From NCBI GenBank assembly GCA_010405405.1, contig MU004232.1, forward strand, positions 7,540 through 71,539: a stretch of 64,000 nt of DNA, written 5' to 3'. Positions 1 to 13,900 of the stretch are shown here, piece by piece. This DNA comes from Microthyrium microscopicum. Lineage: Eukaryota. A program made the position numbers and the translations under genes. The notes below the pieces were generated by a model. That model did not search any database. It was not told where the DNA came from and saw only the letters and a list, made by a program, of their open reading frames with translations. Position 1 is the stretch's first letter, and every line of letters begins with the position of its first letter.

Positions 1-1105
1 AAAAATATAAACTTTTAGTAGTCTAATATTTTACGTATAGACTAATCTAACTCTAGCTTACAAACGTCTACTATTTAAGTTTTACTATAAAAGTATAACT
101 AAATAGCTATATTATAAGTATTAATAGCTAGATATAAATAGAAGATACTATTATTAAATCTTACTATTAATATATATACTATAATACTTTATATACTTAC
201 TTTCTAATTAATAATATTAAAAGCTTTAACTATAAAGTCTTACTAAGTACTTAATATAGTAATATAGCTAAAATAAGGTTTATAGATTAGTATATATAGT
301 AAGACTTTTTATATAAAATTAACTTACTTATTTACTTATTTTATATATTACTATAATATAAACTATTATAAAAAGTAAAGAATAAAAAAGAAAAGAATAA
401 AGATAATAAAGTAAAGAAGAAAGAGAAAAGTATAAAATAAGAGAAGTAAAAAAGAAAGCTATAAACGTAAGTAATATATATATTAAGCTTAGCTAAGGTA
501 TAAGTAATACTATAATTACTTTTATAGATAGTATAGTAAACTAATACTACTTTAAGAATAATAGTTAACTTTATATATAAGTATAGAAGCTAGAAACTAA
601 AAAGAAATATTAAATATTAGTATTAGAAGTTAAAGTAGATATAAATAAATATATAAATACTAGTAGGTATCTTTATACTTAAAGTAATAGTAAAACCTTA
701 TAGAAATTAATATTAAAAATATTATTTACTTAAGCTAATCTATCTATAAATATACTTTAAAGCTTTTTATCTAAGTCTTATAATAAGATTAATATATTAT
801 TTAGAAATATCTACTAAATATATTATTTTCTATTTATTTCTAAATATAGAAAATAGTTTCTAAATAAAGTTAATTAATTTAGAAATAATAAAAAATAGTA
901 TTAGAATAAAGTATAGTTCTTATACTTTTAAAAATAAGATACTTTAACTAATATTAAGGTTTATTACTAAGATATACTACTAAATTTAATTTAGTAACTA
1001 ACTATAATATTAAAAGAAGAAGTACTTAAGTATATATTAGTATTAGAAGTTAAAATAAATAAGAGTTAAAGTAGATAGAAGTTAACATATATAGAAGTTA
1101 AAGTA

Positions 1106-1179
1106 CTAGAAGCTAAAAGCTAGGAGCTAGAAGCTAAGAGCTAGGAGCTAAGAGCTAGGAGCTAGAAGCTAAAAGCTAG
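1106..1179. repeat. 7-bp tandem repeat (CTARRAG, ~10 units)
   Basis: ctagaag ctaaaag ctaggag ctagaag ctaagag... units differ only by G/A. Confidence 0.9.
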
Positions 1180-1635
1180 ATTAGAGAGTAAATATTAAAT
1201 ATATATACTAGTAGTTAAAGCTAATAAAAGCTAAATATTAAGAGTATATATTAAATTTTAGTATTAGAAATAGATACTAAATATTAGTATTAAGAGTTAA
1301 AGTAAATAGCTAAGAATTTTTTTAGAAAATTTTCTTAAGTTTATTTTAATTTTAGCATATTTTTACTAAATAAATTTTAAGTAAAAGGTTTAGGTAGAGC
1401 TAGAATTAAGATAAATAGTAGCTAAATATTAATAGTAGTAATATATAGTAGTATATATTTAAAAACTATAAATCTTAACTTTAAATTTATTCTAACTTTA
1501 GTACTATAGTTTAGTCTAAAATTTTACTACGCTAGTATAATAGTAGTATATAATTCTACTATTATATAAAGTTAAGATTATAAATTTAAATTTTATATAT
1601 AATAGAGTTATCTATTTAATTCTTATAAAGAACGT

Positions 1636-2090
1636 TTTTTTTCCTATTATAAAAAAATATAGAAAATAAGTAACTTAATAAGCTAAGTATAGATATATTA
1701 TTTATTTATTTTTTAGCCTTATATTAGTAAAAATAGAAGTAATTTTATATATTTTAGTAACCTTAGTAGTAGTAAAGTTACTAAATTAATTTCTATAGAG
1801 AATATTTTTTTACTATAATAAAAAGATATAGAAAATAAGTAGCTAAATAAGCTAAGTATAGATATATTATCTATTTCTTTTTTAGCCTTATATTAGTAAA
1901 AATAAGAAGTAATTTTATATATTTTAGTAACCTTAGTAGTAGTAAAGTTACTAAGTTAATCTCTATAAATAATATTTTTTTACTATAGTAAAAAGATATA
2001 GAAAACAAGTAGCTTAATAAGCTAAGTATAGATATATTATTTATTTCTTTTTTAGCCTTATATTAGTAGAGATAAAGGTTATTTTATATA
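1636..2090. repeat. ~170-bp tandem repeat, ~2.7 copies
   Basis: AGCTAAGTATAGATATATTA anchors at 1681, 1850 and 2020 (period 169-170). Confidence 0.9.
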
Positions 2091-3722
2091 CTTTTATAAT
2101 ACTTTTAAGTAGAGGTAACCTTAGTAGTTATAAATAGATATTAGAATATATTAAAATTAAATAGCTAAATTTCTCTATAATTAGTATATATAACTTTATT
2201 AATATTAAAGAAGTAATATAAGTCCTAGAATAAAGATATACTATAGAAGTTATTAATATTTAGTAAGATATAGTACTAAAGTTATATAGTAAATAAATAG
2301 TAAGAGCGTATAGAATTTTATAGCTAATATAATTTACTAAATAATTATTAAGTAAGAATAATATAAAGTAATTTTATACTAAGTAATAGAAACTACTTTA
2401 ATATACTTATTAATTTTATATAGACTAGTAAATTTATCTTTATTATTATATTCTTATATCTTAATATACTTTAATACTCTATAAGTCTAAGCGTTTATAT
2501 CTAAGTAGTATTAATATTAAAAGTATAATAAATCTAAAGAAAGTTTATATAGTAAGAGAATATAGAGTATATATAGAGTAGTATTATTAGTAAGATAGAA
2601 GGGCTTATTACTTAATAATTCTCTAAGTTTTTCTAGGATATATTCTAAGCTACTTTAGTTAGTTAGTATAATAAGATTAATATTAATATTAAGCTTTATT
2701 AAGTATATCTACTTTAATATATTTTATAGTTTTTTTAGAAACTTACTTATCTCTTTAAGGGCTAATTTATTAAAGTACTAGTTATATATATATTTATTAT
2801 AGTTTTACTATATTTTGTAAGTAGTATATTACTATTATAAGTCTTTAACTAATATAATTAATAGTAGAATAGGTAGTTTTCTTTTATATAGAGTTTATTA
2901 TTAAAAAATATAAGAGAATAGTATTTTTATAATTACTAAGTAGAAAAAAGTAGTAGTATTAAAAAGTAAAGTTAGTAATATTTTAGTTTAGAATTAGGTA
3001 AGAATTTAGCTAGGGTTAAGAAGACTAGTAAACTTTATAATAATATATTCCTTCCTCTATCTTCTATATCTTAATTATTATTTATACTATTTTTTTTAGT
3101 ATATATAAATTATTTAATATTTACTATAATAGATTAGAGTAGTACTTATTATTACTATATCCTAGTCTTATAATAAAGTACTAAAAAGCTATTTAAAGTC
3201 TATAACTTAGTTATTTAGTAGTTTTATATTATAATAGTTAGTAACTATAATATATAAAATAAATATATTTATTTAAGACTATTAACTTTTAGCTTAATTA
3301 TAGTATAGTATAATATAGTATAGTATATTAATAATCTAGATATTACTATAGGCTTCTTAAAAACTATAGCTTAAAAGAAATATTAAAAAAGCTAGGTTAT
3401 AGTTTTTAAAAAGTCCTTTAGAGTAAGTTACTAAAACTACTAGAATTAAATAAAGAGTTAACTTTAAATAAAGTAAGTATAAGTAAATAATATATAGAAC
3501 TATAAAGTAGAGTAGTATTATACTATTAGGTATTAATTTAGTAAGTATTATTACTAATAGTTAAAAAAGAGATTATATTCTATTAGTAAGTTACTTTACT
3601 AAGTCTTTCTAATATAGTATTTTAATAATAGAATTTTTACTAAGTCCTAACTTTATACTATTAGATCTATTTACCTAACAAAAGTACTATATTATATAAA
3701 ATTATATATATTTAATAGAGAA

Positions 3723-3881
3723 TATTAACCTAAGTAATATAAGCTTTAGAGTATATTTATTAAGTAAGTATTAAAAGAGTTATAAAAGTATAGAAGTATC
3801 TCTTTACTAAAAATATAAACTTTTAATAGTCTAATATTTTATATATAGACTAACCTAACTCTAGCTTATAAACGTTTACTA
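3723..3881 (+). repeat. Putative 3' LTR of the first element
   Basis: 3809-3881 matches 1-73; the start at 3723 is inferred from the PPT-like tract. Confidence 0.6.
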
Positions 3882-5430
3882 TAAGATTAATACTAGTTAA
3901 TAAAATAAGTAGTTAAATTTAAAATACTTTAAATAATAACTTTCTTATTAATTACTAAGTTTATATTTAGTAGATTTCTAAAAATAATTTTAATTAAAAA
4001 CTTTTATTTACTACTTTTTTTTTCTCTTAACTTTTTATAAACTATACTTAGGTTTAGTTAAAAAGAAAAATAAATATAGTTAAGCTAATATAAATTTAAG
4101 TTATTTTTAAAAAAAATATTAGTAATGTTTCTAAGGTTTTTACTAAAGATTTTATTACTAATATTAAAAAAAATATTATAAATTATAATAATATAAGTTA
4201 TAATATTAAAACTTACTTTTTTAAAATAAGAAAGCTAAATTTAGTAAGTTTTATAAATATTATAAAAGTTTTTAAAAGTATTAAATTTAAATTAAATTAT
4301 ATTTTTATTATAATATAAAGTAGTAAAAAGACTAAGAATTTTAAAAATATATTTTCTAAACTTTTCTTTAATATAATATAAAAAATATTCTTTATTAATA
4401 GCTATAGTATATTTACTAGTACTATTAGTATCTTTAAATTTAATAGTTATAATAAAGTTAATTTTATAGTTTCTAACTAAGTTTAAAAAATCTAAAAGGC
4501 TTTACTTTAGTAGATTTTTAGTAGTAGTAATTAGTTTAGTAGTTTAGATTTATTATATTAAAAAGAAGTAGTTAGCTTATATTTAATTATTATAAAATTA
4601 TTATTACTAAAAAGTATTATATTCTTTTACTATAATAGCTCTTTCTTTAGTAATATACTATTCTAAATTATTAAATTACTATTATTACTAAATAAATAAA
4701 TTTATAAAGCTTAATATATTTCTAAAAGCTTTCTAACTATAAATTAAAATAAACTTACTACTAAACTTAGTAATTATATAAAGGTTTTAGTTAGTATTAA
4801 CTTTAAAAGCTTTTATATAACTTACTATAAAGTTATATATAGTAAGTTTAATTTATAAGTATATTCTTATATTTTAATCTTTATAGTACTAGCTAAATAA
4901 ATCTATAAAGTTTAAAATAAAAAGTATTTAGCTTAAAAAACTAAGAAGAATTCTAGCTATAAATATAACTAAAAAGAAAAAAATAGTAATAAAGTTTAAA
5001 AATATTTTTAGTAGTAGTAATAAAGCTTAATAGTTAGTAAAGAATAAAATAGATTTAGTTATCTAATACTTAAAGAATAATAGTACTAGTAAGTAAAAAA
5101 AAGTAGAAAAAAACTTATTTCTATAGTAAAGTACTTATTAGATAATACTTTAAGTATAGAATTTAGCTAGTTAAATAGCTAACTTAATAGTATCTTAAAT
5201 TAGAAATAAATAGAAAGTAATATACTAGTAAGTTTAAAGTATAGATTTTAATAATTAGTTAAAAAAGAAATAATTTTATAAAAATAGATTAAGATACTAA
5301 ATTAATAATTAAGTATTTACTAGAAAATACTTTTAAAAATATAACTAAATAAATAATATATATTATTTTAATAGTACCTTAATAGGTTTAGAAATAAAGA
5401 ATATAGTTAAACTTACTATAGTTATCTAGA

Positions 5431-6336
5431 TATATATTAATAGTAAAATTATTAAAAATTTAAAAAATAATATAGTATAGAAAATAGTATTTTTTATATA
5501 TATTATAAAAAAATTATTATTAATCTAAGTTATCTAATAGTACTAATAATACTTATAACTATTATACGTAGTACTTTATCTAAGGAGTTAGAAATAACTT
5601 TAAAATAACTATAATAACCTATAATAACTTTAAGATTAATAAAATAAATAAAAGGATTTTAGTAAAGTTATAAGTCTAATAACTAATTAAGTAATCTAGC
5701 TAGGCGCCTATAGACCTTACTATAGGCTAAAATATAGAATTTAGTACCTTTAGTCTAATCTAGAAATAAAACAGTAGAAAAATAATAGAGTTAGTAAGAA
5801 TTCTAGAAATAAATAAAAAAAGGAATATTAAAGTCTAAAAAACGTTTTTTAGCTATAACTAGTAACGACTAGATAATAAATTCTAATTTAAATTATAACT
5901 TACGTATCTAAATAAGGGCTATCTAATAATATTTATTTTATTATTATAGTAATTATATCTAAAAAGTTATTAATAGAATTTAGAGAGTAAAAAATATATT
6001 TATCTTTTAATAATTATAACTTAATTAACTTTTAAGATATAAAAATAATAAAACTATATCTAGATAGAGCTTAATGAGCTCTAAATAGTAATATAAAAAT
6101 TATACCTTAAAGTTACTTATTTAGGTTCTAATGTCTCTAATAACTATAATAGATTTTAAATAACTACAATGAATTTTAAATAACTATAATATATTTTTAA
6201 TATATTTAAAATAACTATAATAAGTTTAAAATAACTAGAATAACTAGAATTATTTAGTACTTTATCTAATATATATCTAATACGTATCTAATATCTTTAG
6301 AATAACTAAAATAACTATTTTACTATTAAATACGTA
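5431..6336. mobile_element. Possible non-autonomous TIR element (MITE-like) with internal short repeats
   Basis: Imperfect ~19-bp inverted repeats at 5431-5449 and 6317-6336; many internal AATAACTATAAT and TATCTAA repeats. Confidence 0.3.
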
Positions 6337-8957
6337 GTTTAATATATAATATATAATAATTTTTTTACGATATAGTAGTCTATATTCTAAGGTTATCTAT
6401 TAAGAAAAGAATAAAGATATATACTAGTAAGAGTAACTAATAATACTTCTCTATTCTAGTAGCTAAGTTAGTATTTAAAGAAGGAAAGAAATCTAGTATT
6501 ACGCTATATAAAGAAGCTAGTATACTATGCTCTTCTTAATAAAATATAAGCTTAGCTAAGTAATCTAGTAGTAATAAGGCTCTACTAAGTTATATTTAAT
6601 AATATTATCTAGGTAGATATCTATACTCTAGATTATTTAGAAGAGTTAAATTTCTTTATTAGAAACTAATTTATAGTATTTTAGAATACTTTAAAATAAA
6701 TTATCTATATTATATTATATCTTAAAGGTGTACTTATACTAAGTTTAAGTATTCTATAAATCTAATTCTTATAATATTTCTAGTTACTAGTCCTACCTAG
6801 TCCTAGTATAATTTTACTAGTTTCTTACTAGTATAAAACTATATTATAAACTTATACTTTACTTAAACTAGTAAGAGTTATAGCTTAGCTAATTATATCT
6901 TTAAAGCTTAAAGTTATTAAATCTAAGCTAAAGTTAGGTAAAGGAATACTACTATCTAGCTCTCTATTAGTAGAAAGATTAATACCTAAAGGCCTAGTAG
7001 GCTCTAGTCCTACTAGTGCTTAAATTTACTTAGTAAGAATCTAAGCTATAAACTAATACTAGAAGTTACTAAAAACGTAATAGCCCTTATTTATTAAATA
7101 AATATAATCTTAAAGTAATTTTATAGAAAATATAGTAAAGTTAATAGCTATGACTTTACTTCCTATAAGATGCTATTACTAGACTACTCTTAGAATAAGA
7201 GATTAAAATACTACTATAGCTAGTTATTATACTTAGTTATCTGTTTTTAATAGTCTAATTAAGAATTATTAGTTTATTTTATAAGTAGCTTTATAAAATT
7301 ATTAGATTCTTATATTTATTAATCTATTAATACCTATAGAGTAATATATATCTAATATAAGAGCCTAGTTAAGGTAAGAGATATAGTATAAAAAGTAGTA
7401 TAGCTTAATAATAAGATAATATAAATAGTAATAAAGCTATATAATTTTTAAAAGAAAGTATTTTAAATAAAACAACTTAGATAGCCTTTCTTTATATACT
7501 TAAAGTTAATTTCTTTAATTAGAATATTACCTCTATAATATAGATTAGTAGAAGTAGTTCTAGTACCTATTCTAGTAGTATATAAGTCTCTAAAAGTAAT
7601 ATAGCCTTAAGTAATTACTTACTCTACTAAGCTTCTTTTTAGAAAGCTAGGATAAAAAGAAAGTAAGAATCTAATAAAGTAATAAATAGATATAATTAAA
7701 GTAGTTATACTTAATAATAAAAGCGTTTGTAGTTATTTTCTTTTAATATTTATATTTAACTATACCTACTACTTACTTATATTTTATTCTTAAACGAAGT
7801 AACTACTAAAGAGGTACTAAGATAGAGAATTTAACTACTTTCTCTATACTTATATATACTATAAATATATAGGCTTTACTTATATAAATTAGTAAATTAC
7901 TTATTATTATATTCTATTATAATAAATTTTAAATACTATTAGTATATTAATACTACGAAAAAGTATAGTTATTCTAGAAAAGAGTAAAGAGTAGCTTATT
8001 TTACTACTTTTATAAGTAAGAAATAGTATACTTATTAGCTTAACTATAAGTATATATTATATAAATCTAATAAAGAAAGAAGTTTACCTTAAGAATATAC
8101 TAGTAATATCTATAATCTAATAAATTTCCTAATATAGTATAAGTACTAAGCTTAAGGAAAACCGTAGTAAATTAGTAATTTATATTATATAAGTCTTCTT
8201 AAAAACTAAAAAGAGTTTTTTTATCTACTTTTTTATAGTAATACAAATTAGATAAAAGTAGATTACTTAAGAGGTTTACTATACTATACGATTATATTAT
8301 ACTTATTTAGTTAATATATTAAGACCTAACTAGACTATTACTATTATAAAATATATAAATTAGTAGTTATAGTAAATATAATATATAAGTAGCCTTCTTT
8401 ATATCTATTAGTAAGTTCCTTAAATCCTTTAATAATTTATAAAGTATACTTATATATTAGGCATTATAGTATAATAAGCTAAGTCCTACTAACTTATTTA
8501 ATTATTAAGAGACTTTACTATAAGAGTACTAGTATTTCTTTTAGAGAGTAGCCTTTATTAATTATAGCTATTTCTTAAATTACTAGCTTTTATTATAGTC
8601 TAGATATATTAATAGTAGTTTAGTTAATAGTAGGTACTATAAGTACTAGGTCCTTCTAGCTATAGTACTATAGTTAGAACTAGGTAAGTACTTAATTTAC
8701 TAAGTACCTTTCTTCCTACTAGGTAGCTTTTTAACTTATTATTATGAAGTAGTAATATACTAATAATATTAATAGTTTATAGCTAGATAGGAATTTAGGC
8801 ATAAGATAACGGATTATAGGAGATAAAAAGAGGCGCTAATAGAATTCAACTTATAACTACGTAGTCTATATAAATAAGAAAAATTTAAATATATTAAACT
8901 CTTTATTTCTAGCTAAAATAGTACTTCTAACGTATAACTAAGCTCTTCTAAAGGGGT

Positions 8958-9199
8958 TAATAGCTAGATTACTAACCTATAGTCCTTAGTACTATATAGA
9001 CTTAATAGTATAGACTATATCTAAAGGTATAGAAATAGGTAAGATCTTAACTTACTTTAATTATTAAGATATATATTATATAGCTAAATTAAGTATGTCT
9101 TCTATATCTAATTTATATCCTCTTATTCTCTAGATTTTATAATATATATTTAAATATATAGTAGAAGCGCTAGCCTATTTAGAGATTTATATATAAATA
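8958..9199 (+). repeat. 5' LTR (fully RIPed)
   Basis: Aligns to 31827-32068; begins TAATAGC (inferred TGACAGC) and ends TA (CA in the other copy). Confidence 0.9.
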
Positions 9200-10932
9200 A
9201 ATTAAGAGCTAAACTATAGATCTTCTAAACCTTATATAATTAAGTAATATAATTAAATAATAAATAATAAGCTCTAATAATAAATAAGCTATTAGATAAA
9301 TAATAAATTAATATAGAATAAATACTAGCTATAGACTAATAGAAAGTAATTCTAGACGATCTAGTACGCTTATAGTAGCTAATATAAAATAATAAATAGC
9401 TATAAGTATTATTAAACTATTAGGCGTATTTAAAGCGTTAAATTTAAATTAATAAATAGTAATTATTTATAAGAAATATAGTAATTATTAAAATATAATA
9501 AGAAAGTAAAAAGTAACTAAGCTAGTAAAATATTAGTATTCTTATTACTATTAGTTTAACTATATACTTTTAAAGTAGTTTTTACTATATAAAATAATAG
9601 TTCCTATATATAGTAAGGATATATAGCTATACGCTAGTTATTTATTATAAGTAGTCTAATTTTTAATATTATAGTTAACTTTCTAGTTAGAATAGAGTTG
9701 TTATTAAACTTATAAATAACGCTATAATTAGATTATTAGTAGGTAAATTTTTTAAATTTATATAAGTTTAACTACTAAGCTATTATTTTATAATTTAGGT
9801 CTACTATTATAACTTCCTTATTAGAAGGTATCTTATAAATAAGACTTCTTTAGGTTAGATTATTTACTAGTTTATACTTTTACTCTATAACTACTAGGCT
9901 AAGATTAGAAGACTTTAAAGACTTCTTCTTCTCTTAATCTTTATTACCTTAATCTATTATACTTTTTATATATATTATTCTATACTTATTAATTTAATTT
10001 AATACTATACTACTTTATCTTTTAAGGTTAGCTTTAAGAAACTTCTTACTTCTTATTATTATTATAGCTAGCTTATTGTTTTAAGTAGTATAAAAATAAA
10101 TAGAGAGAAAGAGTTATTTAGCCTAAATTAAAGTTATTAACTATAGTTTAAAAACTATTAATAAGATTTATTACTCTTTTAACTTAGTACTCTTATTTAA
10201 GAGAAAGTATTATTAGCTTTATTAAATATTAATTTCTTAGTAACTATGCCTAGAAAGTCTTTATAGATTTTATTATTATTATTAATAAAAATCTAAAGCT
10301 TTTATATATCTATTTTACTAGATATACCTAAGTTTCTATTTTTTAATATTATAGTAATTAAGGCTACTTATCTTCTTAGAACCTTTTATAAATAATACTA
10401 ATAGTATACTTTATATTACTCTAAGTAGAACTTTAGCCTACTAGTTAAAATTAAAATACTAGTATCTTTTAAAAGATCTCTTTTAGTTTCTTTTTCTAGA
10501 AAGAGGAAATAATTATCTATATTATTTATTTTAGATAGTAAATTTAATAAATAATTCTTTACTACTTTTCTTATTATAAAAGATTAAGGTAGTGCTTATA
10601 CTATAAGCTAATATAGTAATTTAGATTCTTTAATCTATTTATTTACTAAATCTATCTTAATTAATAAATTTAATAGCCTCTATAACTAAGATATTTAAGC
10701 TTATACTAATAGTTATTATTAATTAGCTAAAATCTTACTTTATAATAATAGTTTTAATTAAGATTCTAATAAAAAGATTAAAAACTTAGAAAATAAGATT
10801 ACTAAAGGCTTTATAGTTACTAACCTTACTTTACTTATTTAAGAATAGAACTAAGTATATAATATTACTTAAGGCTATATATATAATAACTTTATATAAA
10901 TATTAACTATTAAAATAGATAGATAAAATTAA

Positions 10933-13900
10933 ATGCTAATCTCTAATATTTTAAAGAAGACTAAAACTATAATTAGAAGAACTATATTTATTAATAATTA
11001 TATTAATAAGTTTTATAATCTCTCTTATATTATTAGGAAATTATATAATTAGAATATTTATTCTAATATAGTTTATAACTATAAAGAGATAATTATAATT
11101 AACTATTACTCTAATTAGGTAAAGTACTATAATATTATCTTTAAAAAAGCTATAAAGTTTATTACTTATATCTTTAATAAGGCTTACTTATTTAGAAAAA
11201 TTAAGACTAAAGACTAATTATATACTAACTTATAGATTTAAGATCTAGCTAACTTATTAAGATAAATAGTAATAATACTAATTCTAGCTTTATAATTATA
11301 GCTAAGATAAAATCGTCTTTAGAATAACTAGAATACTTAAATAAATAATTCTTAGCCTTTATATAACTAGAGTAGCTAACTTAACTAAATAGGAGGCTAG
11401 TAAGGATATATATAGCTTTAATAATAGTATTAATTAATCTATTTTTAGTAAGGACTTAGAAGCTACTTTATATAGCTAGCTAATAATAAATAATAGTACT
11501 AGGAAGATTTAAATTCTTTAATATTAGCTTTATCTACGTTATAAAGAGTTAGCTAGCTAAAACCTTCTAGTAATACTTATAACTATTTAGATAATTAGAA
11601 CTAATTAGGTTATTATAATTCTTATAGTATTAGTAAATATTAACTATTAACTTACTTTAATTATAGCGTACTAAGTATAAAAAGGAGTAACTATCTAACT
11701 TAGCGTTAAGAAGAATAACTTAATAACTAATAGTAGTAACTTTCTTTAAACTATTCTACTTTTATAAATTCTTTAGTAATAGTAGTAGTATAAGTATTAT
11801 AGTAGGAAGTAAATAGAGTTATTAGAGATTATTACTCTAGTATTTAGAGACCTAAGATTAGGAATAGATTTTATAATATTAATAATAAAGATTAGAAAGA
11901 GCCTACTTAGTATAGATATATTAATAGTATAAATATTTTTAGTCTAGACTAAAGTAAGAATAAAGCTAGTAAGTTAACTCTCTAGCTAGAAGATATAGAA
12001 TTTAAAAATACTACTTTAGCTAATGTAGTTAAATATACTTAATATAATATTAATAATAATAAAGATAAAGATCTACGCTCTTATAAAACCTAAGCCTAAC
12101 TAGATAATTAGAATCTAGATATAAATAATAATTCTAAGTTCCTTAAAGGTACTAAGATTTTAAAATTTTAATCCTTTAAAGAAATAGAGAAAAAGGGCTT
12201 TATAGATATTACTAAAATCTTACTTAGGCGTCTTATTAGCCTAGAAGATAGTATTATAGTAAGAAATATTATAAATTACTCTTTTTACCTTATTTAATAG
12301 CTAAGTATAGTATTATAATAAAATAAAGTAATCTCTCTTATAACTTAGTCTTATAAAGATAAGATTTAATAAGAAAATAAAACTTAAATAAAGAAATAAA
12401 TAGTAGTACGTAATATCTAGCTTAAGAAAGTAATTTCTATTACTAAAAAATATATTTAAAGCTTAACTTTCTTATAAGTAACTCTAACTAATACTAATTA
12501 TTATATACTAATAGTAAAAAAAGATTAAATAAATACTTTAAATATAGTATATAGAGTAAACTTTATAAATACTAATAAATAATTAATAAAGACTATTACT
12601 AAGAATACTTTATATAGTTATCTAGTCCTAGATACTAATATATTAAAATATATTTTCTATACTTAAGTATATATTACTATACTAGCTAGAAAAGAATATA
12701 TTTTATATAAAGTTTTTCTAAATAAAAGCTCTATTATAAATCTTATTAATATTTATATAGCTAAGAAGATAAGTCTTAAAAAGTAAAAGTTTAAGCTAAT
12801 ATACGTTATTTTCGTTAATAGCTCTTAATTTACTCTAAATATAGAAATAAAAATTATTTTTAATATTAATAGTATTATTTATAACGTTTAATACTATGTT
12901 GTTTTAGAAATAGTTTACTATAATATCTTTTTAAGTTTCTATTAGTTTAAAAGTATAGGTATACTAAAGTAGAGTAAGTATAGACTTTCTATAGTAGTTA
13001 ATAAAAAGAATTATTAAGTTACTCTAGATTTTTATTATTATAATAGAATAAAGAGAAAGAATTCTAAGATATAAGTTACTTTAAAAAATTTACTTTCTTA
13101 AATAAATAAACTTATTTTTTTAATTTATAAATTAGTAAAGGTAGTCTTTCTATAATTTCTATTAGTAGTTTAATAAATTAACCTAACCTTAGATACTAAA
13201 TATTATATTTACTTAGTAGATAATAAGGAACTAATAACAATTATAGATAAAGTTTATTAATAAGTCTTAATCTAAAACTTAGGCAAAAAGGATTATAAAG
13301 CTATAAAGATACTATTAATTAGTACTTTAGAGTTAACTTAAGATATACTAATAAAGGTTATTTAATAGCTTTTAAAAGTACTTTACTAGTAAATATCTTA
13401 AAGATTACTAACGTGCTTAAATATATAAAGTCTTATATATATACTTTATTTATAAAATATACTTTTATTATAGATATAATATATAGTATAATTATAGAGT
13501 ATATAAGTATTAGTAATCTTAAATCTAGAAGAAAGAAAAAAATTAAGTAAAAGACTAATTCTAAAGATTATATTAACCTTAATAATATTAACTATAAGAA
13601 AATATATAATTATAAATTTTATTTAGAAGTAGTATACTAAGAATATTTAATAAATTTATATAACTACTACTTACGCTTATTTCTCTTCTTTATAATAACT
13701 TAAGTCTACTATCTTAATAATTTAGTAATATAAAAGATTCTTAATTATTTAGTATAAATTTCCTTAGACTTTTTACTTAGCTAAAAAGCCTAATTATAAT
13801 AATATTTATTATTTATATATTTAAATATACTAAATAAAATAAGCCTAGTTAAAAGAATATATTTAAATATAGATAAGTTATTATTTAAAGAAGAGTCTTT

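Larger units (their letters stand above)
1..3881 (+). mobile_element. RIP-degenerated LTR-bounded element (left LTR cut by window edge; coding domains not recognisable)
   Basis: 1-73 is directly repeated at 3809-3881 with only transition differences; purine tract TAATAGAGAA just before ~3723 resembles a RIPed PPT followed by TA (=TG) LTR start. Confidence 0.65.

Noticed and set aside
1636..2090. CRISPR-like array
   Set aside because: Eukaryotic context; whole units repeat, there are no unique spacers and no cas genes
9200..9215. AATTAAGAGC after the 5' LTR suggesting a Copia element
   Set aside because: Internal order is RT-RH-IN (Gypsy) and no Copia motifs were found before the 3' LTR
13278..13284. 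CTTAGGC Ty1-type +1 frameshift heptamer
   Set aside because: Lies downstream of the protease in RIPed DNA; likely chance
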